NCBI GenBank assembly: GCA_020632695.1
Contig: JACKFB010000003.1
Span: 321,061-385,060 of the forward strand
DNA: 64,000 nucleotides
Direction: 5' to 3'
Source: Deltaproteobacteria bacterium
GTDB taxonomy: Bacteria > Myxococcota_A > UBA9042 > PHBI01 > JACKFB01
A model generated the notes under the pieces. It was not told where the DNA came from. It did not search any database and saw nothing but the letters and a program-made list of their open reading frames with translations. The position numbers were made by a program, and so were the translations under genes. The number at the start of each line of letters is the position of its first letter. The first letter of the stretch is position 1. Of the stretch, positions 41,059 to 52,586 are shown piece by piece.

Positions 41059-41550
41059 ATGCCACGTCACCGCGATTGGGCGGACGCGTACCTGGCTCAG
41101 GCGCGAGCAGACCTCGAAGGCGCGAGGAACCTCACTGGCGCAGTGCCTTCCGTCTTCGCCATGCTCCTGCAGATGGCCTTCGAGAAGATGGCCAAAGCGG
41201 CGCTTCTTCGGTCCGAGGCGGTCCCGCTCGATTGGGTGAGAACCTCCCACAGGGCTGCCTCCCGGATGACGCAGATGATGCGTCGACAGCGTGGCCTGCT
41301 CGGACCGCTTGGCGGGCCCTGGCGTTGGGAGGGGATCCTGCAGGTCATCAACGCTCTCGAGGGAGCCCATCCGCAGGTGGCTCGCGCGGGACCTCATCTC
41401 GAGTACCCGTGGGAGGGTCTCGATGGCCGCATCCTCTGGCCCGAAGAGCACCTCCAGATAGCCGGCAAGCTCGGCCAGTCCAGACAAGCGGCAGATGTCC
41501 TGAAGTTCGCCACGTTGGTCGAGCGGAACTTCGACGAGATCTTCCCCTGA
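41059..41550 (+). CDS. HEPN-like helical protein (tentative)
   Basis: 163 aa. N-terminal helix pattern [10 protein letters not shown]...[19 protein letters not shown] resembles HEPN. The R-x(n)-H motif is not canonical. Confidence 0.45.
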   Translation: MPRHRDWADAYLAQARADLEGARNLTGAVPSVFAMLLQMAFEKMAKAALLRSEAVPLDWVRTSHRAASRMTQMMRRQRGLLGPLGGPWRWEGILQVINALEGAHPQVARAGPHLEYPWEGLDGRILWPEEHLQIAGKLGQSRQAADVLKFATLVERNFDEIFP

Positions 41551-41575
41551 GATTCGCGGGAGCGGGACCGCCGTC

Positions 41576-41700
41576 GCTGATGACGCCGTTGAAGCCGGGC
41601 TGCTCGTCGCGGACACGCTCGACCTCGCGCAGGTTCGACGCCTCCGAGCGGTTCTGGATGATGTGTCCCTCGTGCACCCGGGCGCCGACCATCGCGTCCA
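41576..41700 (-). pseudogene. 120-bp internal fragment of a ygiQ-like radical SAM gene
   Basis: About 90% identical to 51221..51340 inside the intact ygiQ, in the same orientation. The translated fragment reads [34 protein letters not shown]. Confidence 0.6.
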
Positions 41701-41818
41701 AGAATGGGCCCGGCGGGCGTTGTGCGGCCGCCCGGGGCCCGCTAATATCGCCCGACCGTGACACCCCTTGCCCACCCTCCCGGCGTCAACAACGCATGAG
41801 GACCATTCGAGGAGATTC

Positions 41819-42649
41819 ATGATGACGACCACTGTCGAGAGCTTCGTAGCCCTGTTCGTCACCCCCACGCGCCGCCGCATCTTCGCGTGCACCGAGTGCG
41901 CGAAGGCGGCCGAGGCGCGCGGCCTCAACGACCTGGCAGAGCGCGCGATGGCCGCGGTGCGGGCCGATGAGGCCGTCCTGGAGCTGGAGCGGGCCCGCCG
42001 CGCGCCGCCACGTGCGGCCCAGCACGCGGAGACCGCGCCGGAGCGGGACGCCCGCATCGACCACGCCCTGACCGCCATCGACCAGACGCTGGCCCACATC
42101 GCGCGCGTCTTCGGTGAGGAGAGCGAGCGCGGCCAGAGGGCCACCGCGCTGCGAGGGAAGATCTTCCCCCTGGGGGTCACCGGCGTCACCGCGCTGCCCT
42201 ATGTCGAGCAGTACGGCGAGGTGAAGAGCCTCCTCGCCAAGCTCCAGGGCGAGTGGGCCGCCGATGTCGATGCCACCATGATCGCGCCCTTCATCGCGCA
42301 GCTCGCCGAGCTGAACCCGGGCTACGGCGCCATCCTGAACCCCGCCCCGGACGCCCGCCCCACCGCCGACGAGGTCCGCGCCGAGAACGCCAAGGGCCAA
42401 CGCCGCCTGCTGGCGCTGGTCGCGACCATCCTCGGCCGCTTCCCCGACGACACCGACACCGACATCGCCGCCCGCGACGCCCTCCTCGGCCCGATCGCCC
42501 GCCAGAACGACGCCCTGCGCGAGCTGCGGCGCGCTCGCGGCGGCGGCGGCGACCCCGCCACCCTTGACCTGCCCGATCCCGACGCGGCGCCGGTCGCCGA
42601 CTCCATGACGGCGAGCGCCGACGCGACGAGCGAGGCCCCTGCCCTCTGA
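41819..42649 (+). CDS. hypothetical 276-aa helical protein
   Basis: ATG preceded by GAGGAG. High GC. No motif recognised. Acidic low-complexity C-terminus. Confidence 0.55.
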   Translation: MMTTTVESFVALFVTPTRRRIFACTECAKAAEARGLNDLAERAMAAVRADEAVLELERARRAPPRAAQHAETAPERDARIDHALTAIDQTLAHIARVFGEESERGQRATALRGKIFPLGVTGVTALPYVEQYGEVKSLLAKLQGEWAADVDATMIAPFIAQLAELNPGYGAILNPAPDARPTADEVRAENAKGQRRLLALVATILGRFPDDTDTDIAARDALLGPIARQNDALRELRRARGGGGDPATLDLPDPDAAPVADSMTASADATSEAPAL

Positions 42650-43167
42650 CGCGCCCCTCCCCGGACCGGTCGAGCACGCCCTGCACGCCCCAGGATTCGC
42701 TCGACCGGACCGGACCACCGCCGCCCGGATCTAACGCAGGCCCCCGCAACCGATGACGACCGCCCTCCGCAACGCCATCCAGGCCAGGCGACGACCACCC
42801 CACCGCCCCGCCTGGTTCCTCCGACCCCCGACGACGACCAGCCCACCGCCCGGGCCAGCCCCTCCGAGGCCCCCGCTGGACCAGTCAACTCCCCCGCCGA
42901 GCGTCTCTGAGGCGCCCCGAGCAGCAGTCGACTGCGCCGCCCAGGGCCTCCGAGACACTCACGAGACCACCGACCCGTCGCGAGCCCCCGCGGATGCAGC
43001 GCCGCCTGAGCTGCGCGATGCATCCCCACTGTGGGATTCCTGCACCAATGGCCGGACGGGCCACGCTCTTCGAGCTATGCTGACGCCGCGCGCGCCGTCC
43101 GGCACGTCCGCACACCGGGACTCCTGCGGGCGGCATCCCCTCGCGACCGCTTCCTCAGAGGACATCG

Positions 43168-46100
43168 ATGACTTCCGAACGCCACCTGGAAGAGTCGTTC
43201 ATCGCCAAGCTCGTCAGCCTCAAGTACGAGTATTGTGAAGACATCGATGATCGGGACAGCCTCGAAACCAACTTCCGCCAGAAGTTCCAAGCGCTCAACC
43301 AGGTCAAGCTGACCGACGGCGAGTTCAAGCGACTCCTCGACGAGATCGTCACGCCGGACGTCTATGAAGCCGCGCGCGCCCTGCGAAATCGGGAGGCGTT
43401 CATCCGCGATGACGGCACCCCGCTCAACTACACGCTTGTCAACATCAAGGACTGGTGCAAGAACAGCTTCCAGGTCATCAACCAGCCGAGCATCAACACG
43501 GACAACAGCCGTCACCGCTACGATGTCCTGCTCCTGATCAATGGCGTCCCTGTGGTCCAGGTCGAGCTCAAGACGCTCGGAATCAGCCCCCGGCGAGCGA
43601 TGGAGCAGATCGTCGCGTACAAGAACGACCCCGGGAACGGCTACTCGAAGACGCTGCTCTGCTTCATCCAGCTCTTCATCGTCAGCAACCGCACGGACAC
43701 TTGGTACTTCGCGAACAACAACGCGCGGCATTTCGCCTTCGACGCCGACGAGCGCTTCCTTCCCATCTACCAGTTCGCCACCGACGACAACACGAAGGTC
43801 ACCCACCTCGATGACTTCGCCGAGGCCTTCCTGGCCAAGTGCACGCTCGGGCACATGATCAGCAAGTACATGGTTCTCATCGCCAGCGAGCAGAAGCTGA
43901 TGATGATGCGGCCGTATCAGATCTACGCCGTGAAGGCCATCGTCGACTCCATCGACCAGGACTGCGGCAACGGTTACATCTGGCATACGACCGGCTCCGG
44001 CAAGACGCTGACCTCCTTCAAGGCCTCGACGCTCCTCAAGACCAACGAGCGCATCCACAAGTGTCTCTTCGTCGTGGACCGCAAGGACCTCGACCGCCAG
44101 ACCCGCGAGGAGTTCAACCGCTTCCAAGAGGGTTGCGTCGAAGAAAACACCAACACCGCGACGCTCGTCGACCGCCTTCTGTCCGATGACTACGCCGACA
44201 AGGTCATCGTCACCACCATCCAGAAGCTCGGCCTGGCCCTCGACCAGAACAGCAAGCAGAGCAAGCAGCACGTCGCTCGGGGCCGGAACACCTACAAGCA
44301 GCGGCTGGAGTCCCTGCGCGACAAGCGCATGGTGTTCATCTTCGACGAGTGCCACCGCTCCCAGTTCGGCGAGAACCACAAGGCCATCAAGGAGTTCTTC
44401 CCCAACTCCCAGCTCTTCGGCTTCACCGGCACGCCGATCTTCAAGGACAACGCCACCGTGAAGCAGGTGGAAGGCGACAAGGCCACGCTGCGTACCACGC
44501 AGGACCTGTTCCAGAAGCAGCTCCACGCCTACACGATCACCCACGCCATCGAGGACCGCAACGTCCTCCGCTTCCACGTCGACTACTACAAGCCCAAGGA
44601 CGCCGCGGTCCCCCCGCCGGGCGAGACGTTGACGAAGAAGGCCGTCGCCCAGGCCATCCTCGACAAGCACGATGCGGCGACAGGAGCCCGGCGCTTCAAC
44701 GCGCTGCTCGCCACCGCTTCCATCAACGACGCCATCGAGTACCACGGCGTCTTCAAGAAGCTGCAAGCCGAGCGCCTGGCGGCAGACCCCGGCTTCGTGC
44801 CCCTGAAGATCGCAGCGGTGTTCTCCCCCCCGGCGGCGGGCAACAGGGACGTCCAGCAGCTCCAAGAGGACCTGCCCCAAGAGAAGGAGGACAACCGCCA
44901 GGATCCCGAGGGAAAGAAGGCCGCGCTCGAGGCCATCATCACCGACTACAACCAGCGGTACGGCACCAACCACGACATCAACAATTTCGACCTCTACTAC
45001 CAGGACGTCCAGCAGCGCATCAAGTACCAGCAGTTCCCCAACCGCGACCTGCCCCAGAAGGGCGCCGAGAAGATCGACATCACCATCGTGGTCGACATGC
45101 TGCTCACCGGCTTCGACGCCCGGTTCCTGAACACGCTCTACGTGGACAAGAATCTCAAGCACCACGGCCTGATCCAGGCCTTCTCGCGCACCAACCGTGT
45201 CCTCAACGCGACGAAGCCCTACGGCCACATCCTCGACTTCCGCCAGCAGCAGAAGAGCGTCGACGCCGCGATCACGCTCTTCTCCGGCGCACAGGCCGAC
45301 CGGGCCCGCGAGATCTGGCTGGTCGACAAGGCCCCCGTCGTCATCGAGAATCTCGAACAGGCCGTCGCCGACCTCGGCGCGTTCATGAAGTCCCAAGGCC
45401 TCGAAGCCAGACCAGAACAGGTGAACAACCTGAAGGGCGACGCCGCCCGAGCGCAGTTCATCAAGCGATTTCGGGAGGTCCAGCGCCTCCAGACGCAGCT
45501 CGACCAGTACACCGACCTCACCGAGGAGCAGCGGGAGCAGATCGAGCAGGCCCTTCCCAAAGACGATCTCCGTGCCTTCCGCGGCGTCTACCTCGAGACG
45601 GCCAAGCGCCTGAGGGAGCAGCAAGCCGTCGCGGGCACTGGCGAAGCGCCGGTCGACCCCGAGCTCGACCAGCTCGACTTCGAGTTCATCCTCTTCGCCT
45701 CCGCGGACATCGACTACGACTACATCATGAAGCTGATCGCGAAGTACTCGGGCCTGGACCCGGAGCGAAGCGAGAAGACCCGCCAGCAGCTCATCGGCAT
45801 GATCCAGTCCGACGCCAAGTTCCTGGACGAGCGCGAGTCGATCACCGAGTACGTCCGCTCGCTTCCGGTGGGCGAGGCGCTCGACGAGTCCGCCGTCCAC
45901 TCCGGGTACGAGAAGTTCAAGGCCGCGCGGCAGGCCAAGGAGCTCGAACGCCTCGCCGAGGCCCATGGCCTGACGAAGGAGTCCCTCTCGGCCTTCGTCG
46001 ACACCATCCTCCAGCGCATGGTGTTCGACGGCGAGCTGCTCACCGACCTGATGGCGCCCCTCGATCTGGGCTGGCGCGAACGCCGCGAGCGAGAGCTCGC

Positions 46101-46194
46101 CCTTATGACGCAGCTCGTCCCGCTCCTGAACAAGAGGGCCCACGGCCGGGAGATCTCAGGCCTGAATGCGTACGAGCATGGGGGAGGCCGGTGA
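43168..46194 (+). CDS. hsdR: type I restriction enzyme R subunit
   Basis: 1008 aa. DEAD/DEAH helicase motifs (TGSGKT, DECHRSQ), an N-terminal restriction domain and the C-terminal HsdR helical domain. GC markedly lower than flanking DNA. Confidence 0.95.
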   Translation: MTSERHLEESFIAKLVSLKYEYCEDIDDRDSLETNFRQKFQALNQVKLTDGEFKRLLDEIVTPDVYEAARALRNREAFIRDDGTPLNYTLVNIKDWCKNSFQVINQPSINTDNSRHRYDVLLLINGVPVVQVELKTLGISPRRAMEQIVAYKNDPGNGYSKTLLCFIQLFIVSNRTDTWYFANNNARHFAFDADERFLPIYQFATDDNTKVTHLDDFAEAFLAKCTLGHMISKYMVLIASEQKLMMMRPYQIYAVKAIVDSIDQDCGNGYIWHTTGSGKTLTSFKASTLLKTNERIHKCLFVVDRKDLDRQTREEFNRFQEGCVEENTNTATLVDRLLSDDYADKVIVTTIQKLGLALDQNSKQSKQHVARGRNTYKQRLESLRDKRMVFIFDECHRSQFGENHKAIKEFFPNSQLFGFTGTPIFKDNATVKQVEGDKATLRTTQDLFQKQLHAYTITHAIEDRNVLRFHVDYYKPKDAAVPPPGETLTKKAVAQAILDKHDAATGARRFNALLATASINDAIEYHGVFKKLQAERLAADPGFVPLKIAAVFSPPAAGNRDVQQLQEDLPQEKEDNRQDPEGKKAALEAIITDYNQRYGTNHDINNFDLYYQDVQQRIKYQQFPNRDLPQKGAEKIDITIVVDMLLTGFDARFLNTLYVDKNLKHHGLIQAFSRTNRVLNATKPYGHILDFRQQQKSVDAAITLFSGAQADRAREIWLVDKAPVVIENLEQAVADLGAFMKSQGLEARPEQVNNLKGDAARAQFIKRFREVQRLQTQLDQYTDLTEEQREQIEQALPKDDLRAFRGVYLETAKRLREQQAVAGTGEAPVDPELDQLDFEFILFASADIDYDYIMKLIAKYSGLDPERSEKTRQQLIGMIQSDAKFLDERESITEYVRSLPVGEALDESAVHSGYEKFKAARQAKELERLAEAHGLTKESLSAFVDTILQRMVFDGELLTDLMAPLDLGWRERRERELALMTQLVPLLNKRAHGREISGLNAYEHGGGR

Positions 46195-47453
46195 TGGCCG
46201 GATCGCCCCCTTCAACCGTACCAAAGCTTCGGTTCCCAGAGTTCCGGGAAGCGCCCGGGTGGGCACGCGATCAAATCGGCAATGTTGCAAGTATTACCAA
46301 AGGAAGGGGTGTCTCAAAGTCGGATGTGACGGAGGCGGGTGCAACTCCCTGCATCAGGTATGCAGAACTGTATACTTGCTATGGCGAGGTGATTCGTCAC
46401 GTGGTATCTCGCACGAACATCTCGCCCGATGAGTTGGTATTCAGCGAACCCGAGGATGTGATTGTGCCCGCGTCAGGAGAGACGCGAGCAGACATCGCGA
46501 GGGCTGCCTGCGTTGTCGACGGAGGCGTCGCACTAGGCAGTGATCTGAATGTCCTGCGGTCGCAGCTTAGCGGTCGGTTTTTCAGCTACGTGCTGAACAG
46601 TCCGCTTCGCCATACGATCGCACTACTCGCACAGGGCGATACGGTTGCTCACCTGTATCCCGCTCAGCTATCGCGTGTTTCGCTGGCTTACCCATCGCGG
46701 CGAGAGCAGCAGAAGATCGCCGACTGCCTCGGCTCGCTGGACGACCTGATTGCCGCCGAGGGCCGGAAGCTGGACACTCTGCGGCAGCACAAGCAAGGGC
46801 TGATGCAGGATCTCTTTCCTCGCATCGATGAGAGCCAGCCCAGAATGCGATTCCCTGAATATGCTCGTGCTCCTGCGTGGAAACCACGGAAGATCTCAGA
46901 TCTTCTCAAGAAGGCGTCCATCCAGGTCATCGTGGAGCCGGATACCAAGTATCAAGAAATCGGCGTGAGATCCCACGGAAATGGCGTGTTTCACAAGACG
47001 CCTGCGCTCGGGTCTCGTCTCGGTGCGAAGCGCGTCTTCGAGGTTGTCGAACAAGCCCTGGTCTTCAATACCGTCTTCGCCTGGGAACGCGCAGTCGCCA
47101 CGACTTCACGCGCGGAAGCAGGCATGATCGCTTCGCACCGATTCCCCATGTATCTCCCTAAGTTCGGGACGTGTGATGTTCGCTTCATGAAGTACGCATT
47201 CCTTACTCAGCGCGGTGCGCAGCTCCTGCACGTGGCATCCCCCGGGGGCGCGGGGCGGAACCGCACCCTCGGTCAAGCAGAACTCGGGGCGCTCGTGATG
47301 ACCGTGCCCAGTCTGGACGAGCAAGTCGCGATTGCGAGTATGATAGACGCAGCCTCGAATCTCATCGAGCTCCAAGCCGCCAATTGGGAACTGATAAAGC
47401 AGTATAAGGCCGGTCTTCTGCAACAGCTCTTCCCATCGCCCGGAGGCCACTGA
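46194..47453 (+). CDS. hsdS: type I restriction-modification specificity subunit
   Basis: 419 aa. Two target-recognition domains separated by conserved coiled regions. ATG overlaps the hsdR stop (TGATG). Confidence 0.85.
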   Translation: MAGSPPSTVPKLRFPEFREAPGWARDQIGNVASITKGRGVSKSDVTEAGATPCIRYAELYTCYGEVIRHVVSRTNISPDELVFSEPEDVIVPASGETRADIARAACVVDGGVALGSDLNVLRSQLSGRFFSYVLNSPLRHTIALLAQGDTVAHLYPAQLSRVSLAYPSRREQQKIADCLGSLDDLIAAEGRKLDTLRQHKQGLMQDLFPRIDESQPRMRFPEYARAPAWKPRKISDLLKKASIQVIVEPDTKYQEIGVRSHGNGVFHKTPALGSRLGAKRVFEVVEQALVFNTVFAWERAVATTSRAEAGMIASHRFPMYLPKFGTCDVRFMKYAFLTQRGAQLLHVASPGGAGRNRTLGQAELGALVMTVPSLDEQVAIASMIDAASNLIELQAANWELIKQYKAGLLQQLFPSPGGH

Positions 47454-47456
47454 ACG

Positions 47457-48635
47457 ATGCGGGACGCGCCAAAGATCCATCTGTACAGAAGCCTGACCAC
47501 GCTCGCAACCAGGCTGCGCAGTGATCTTAGAGACTTCCACAGCGTGCTCCTCTATGCCTATAATAGAACCGGGAAGACACGCCTTTCGATGGAGTTCAAG
47601 AAGCTAGGGAAGCGGAAAGGCAATGGCACCGCTGACACACTATACTTCAATGCATATACCGAGGACCTCTTCATCTGGGAGAATGACCTCGATTCCGACT
47701 GCGACCGCCATCTCCAACTCAATTCCAAGTCGGCGTTTCTGAAGTTACTCGCCGAGTTGGCCCTTGACCTGAGTATTGCTGAATATTTGTCGCGCTACGC
47801 CGATTTCGAATTTGACATCGACTACACCAGTTGGAAGGTGACGTTTCGGAAGGGCGATGAAGAACAGATCAAGATATCTCGAGGCGAGCAGAACATCTTC
47901 ATCTGGTGCATCTTCATGGCGATATGCGAGCAGGTTATCGCGGGACACTTGTCTTATCAATGGGTCAAGTATCTCTACATCGATGATCCCATTTCGTCGC
48001 TGGACGACAACAACGCTATCGCAGTTGCATGCGACCTCGCGGGCTTGCTTCGGAAGGCGGCCGCGAGGCGTGATATGGCGGGTAGTCCTGACCCGCTGCG
48101 AACGGTGATTTCCTCGCATCACGCGCTGTTTTTCAACGTGATGTGTAACGAGTTGAGCAGGAGACCCGAAGGACAGAACAAGGTAGATCACAAGCGATAC
48201 TTCTTGCAGCAGCCCACCGGCGAACGTGTCTACACGCTTCGCGCGACGGACGACACACCCTACTTCCACCACATCGCCACGCTTGCCGAATTGGACCGTT
48301 GCGCGAAGCGGACACGCTCTATACGTACCACTTCAATGCGCTGCGAAGTGTGCTGGAGAAGACGGCCAGCTTCTTCGGCCAGGAACTTCTCCGCCTGCAT
48401 TTTGCTTGCATAGATGAAGACGGGGGTTGAAGGATGAGGCTCTGTCTGCAATCTCGCACTGAACCTGCTGAGTCACGGCAGCTACGCCATCATGAGCCCA
48501 GTCGAGATGGTAGAGGACAACAAGAAGCTGTTTCGGCAAATCCTGGACGATTTCTTGAGCAAGTTTGAGTTCTTGCTTCCAGAGATCCTTCCATTGCCCA
48601 AGGCGAAGCGCCGATGCGAAATGACTGAACACTGA
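47457..48635 (+). pseudogene. ABC-type (AAA_15/AAA_21-like) ATPase gene, interrupted
   Basis: Walker A AYNRTGKT, ABC signature ISRGEQ, Walker B/D-loop LYIDDPISSLD, H-loop SSHH. After about 48.28 kb the plausible reading continues in the +1 frame and returns to the original frame at about 48.44 kb (ending ...KAKRRCEMTEH*). Confidence 0.5.
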
Positions 48636-50234
48636 CCAGCAGAAGCTCGGCAAGACGCTCTGGGCCATCGCCGATCAGCTCCGCGGGGCGATGAACGCGG
48701 ACGACTTTCGCGACTACATGCTCGCGTTCCTGTTCCTCCGCTACCTGTCGGACAACTACGAGCAGGCCGCGAAGAAGGAACTCGGGCGTGACTACCCGGA
48801 TCCAAAGGCGATCGGCAACGGCGGGCGGTCCGCTCTGTCCGTGTGGTACGGACAGAACCGGACGATGTGACGGCATTCGAGAAGCAGATGCGCCTCAAGG
48901 CGCACTATGTGATCCTCCCCAAGTACCTGTGGGCCAGCGTTTCCCACATGGCCCGCACTCAGGACGAGCAGCTTCTGAACACCCTCCAGGCCGGCTTCAA
49001 GTACATCGAGAACGAGTCGTTCGAGAGCACCTTCTCGGGCCTGTTCTCGGAGATCAACCTCGGCTCGGACAAGCTCGGCAAGAACTACTCCGCCCGCAAT
49101 ACGAAGCTCTGCACGATCATCGGCGAGATCGCGAAGGGGCTCGCCGATTTCTCCACCGACAGCGACACGCTGGGAGACGCCTACGAGTACCTGATCGGCC
49201 AGTTCGCCGCAGGCTCGGGCAAGAAGGCGGGCGAGTTCTACACGCCGCAGCGGATCTCGGACATCCTCTCCGGCATCGTCACGCTCGACAGCCAGGAGCC
49301 GGGGGCAGGGACGCGCGAGCGGCTCGGCAGCGTGATGGACTTCGCCTGCGGGTCGGGCTCGTTGCTGCTGAACGTCCGAAAGCGCATGGGGGCGCACGGC
49401 ATCGGGAGGATCTTCGGGCAGGAGAAGAACATCACGACCTACAATCTGGCGCGGATGAACATGCTGCTACATGGGGTGAAGGACTCAGAGTTCGAGATCT
49501 ACCATGGCGACACGCTGACCAACGACTGGGACATGCTCCGCGAGACCAACCCGGCGAAGAAGCCGTACTTCGACGCCGTGGTCGCCAATCCGCCGTTCAG
49601 CTACCGCTGGGACCCGAGTGACGCCTCGGCCGAGGATGTGCGCTTCAAGAACTACGGGCTGGCGCCGAAGTCTGCCGCGGACTTCGCGTTCTTGCTCCAC
49701 GGCTTCCACTACCTCAAAGACGACGGCGTGATGGCCATCATCCTGCCGCATGGGGTGCTGTTCCGCGGCGGTGCTGAGGCGAAGATACGCGCGAAGCTGC
49801 TCGAAGATGGCAACATCGACACCATCATCGGGCTGCCCGCGAACCTGTTCTACTCGACGGGGATCCCGGTCTGCATCCTGGTGCTCAAGAAGTGCAAGAA
49901 GCCCGATGACGTGTTGTTCATCAACGCCGTCGAGCATTTCGACAAGGGCAAGCGGCAGAACGTCCTCAGCGACGAGCACATCGCGAAGATCGTCAGAACC
50001 TACAAGCATCGCAAGGAGGAGACGCGGTACTCGCGGCGGGTGGAGATGGCCGAGATCCAGGCGAACGAGTACAACCTGAACATCTCGCGCTATGTGAGCA
50101 CGGCCAAGCCGGAGGTCGAGATCGACTTGGCGGCGACGCAAGAGGAGCTGGTGCGGATCGAGGACGAGATCCGCAAGGCGAAGGATCTGCACAACGGCTT
50201 CCTCGAGCAGCTCGGTCTGAAACCTCTGCCCTGA
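48621..50234 (+). pseudogene. hsdM: type I R-M N6-adenine DNA methyltransferase subunit, frameshifted
   Basis: ATG 48621 gives MTEH then a stop. The HsdM N-domain (DQQKLGKTLWAIADQLRG...FLFLRYLSD) is read in the +1 frame 48625..48870. The catalytic body with the ANPPF motif is in the original frame from 48843. Confidence 0.75.
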
Positions 50235-50300
50235 GGTGCGTTCGGGCCGCCTCTGGAAAGGGTGAGTCTCCCGAGCCGGAGGCCGTCGATCCCGATGTCG

Positions 50301-50346
50301 GTCTCGCCCCGGCCCCGGCCCCGGCCTCGGCCCCGGCCTCGGCGCG
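50301..50346. repeat. (gccccg)n-type simple repeat
   Basis: Hexamer tandem tract between the convergent ends of hsdM and ygiQ. Confidence 0.6.
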
Positions 50347-52563
<2,217 letters not shown>

Positions 52564-52586
52564 GGCGACGCTGTTACCACCGCGCG

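Noticed and set aside
39676-42189. 837-aa minus-strand ORF spanning the TA module, the small-gene pair and the ygiQ fragment
   Set aside because: Its translation is R/P/G-rich and crosses the simple repeats (..RDRLRGRDRLRGRDRLRD..). The plus strand holds compact, well-formed genes with overlapping stop/start codons. Only the short stretch matching the ygiQ fragment is meaningful, and that is called as a pseudogene fragment.
42650-43167. About 500-bp gene-free stretch upstream of hsdR as a possible att site, tRNA or small RNA
   Set aside because: I found no tRNA-like cloverleaf sequence and no inverted repeat of note. The GC content stays at background until the hsdR start. It is best treated as a promoter or leader region. 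A tRNA scan would settle it.
48621-48635. ATG at 48621 as an intact hsdM start (MTEH..)
   Set aside because: A stop follows after four codons. The conserved HsdM N-domain is only readable in the +1 frame, so the gene is called frameshifted rather than intact. If the frame disruption is an assembly error the gene would be intact.
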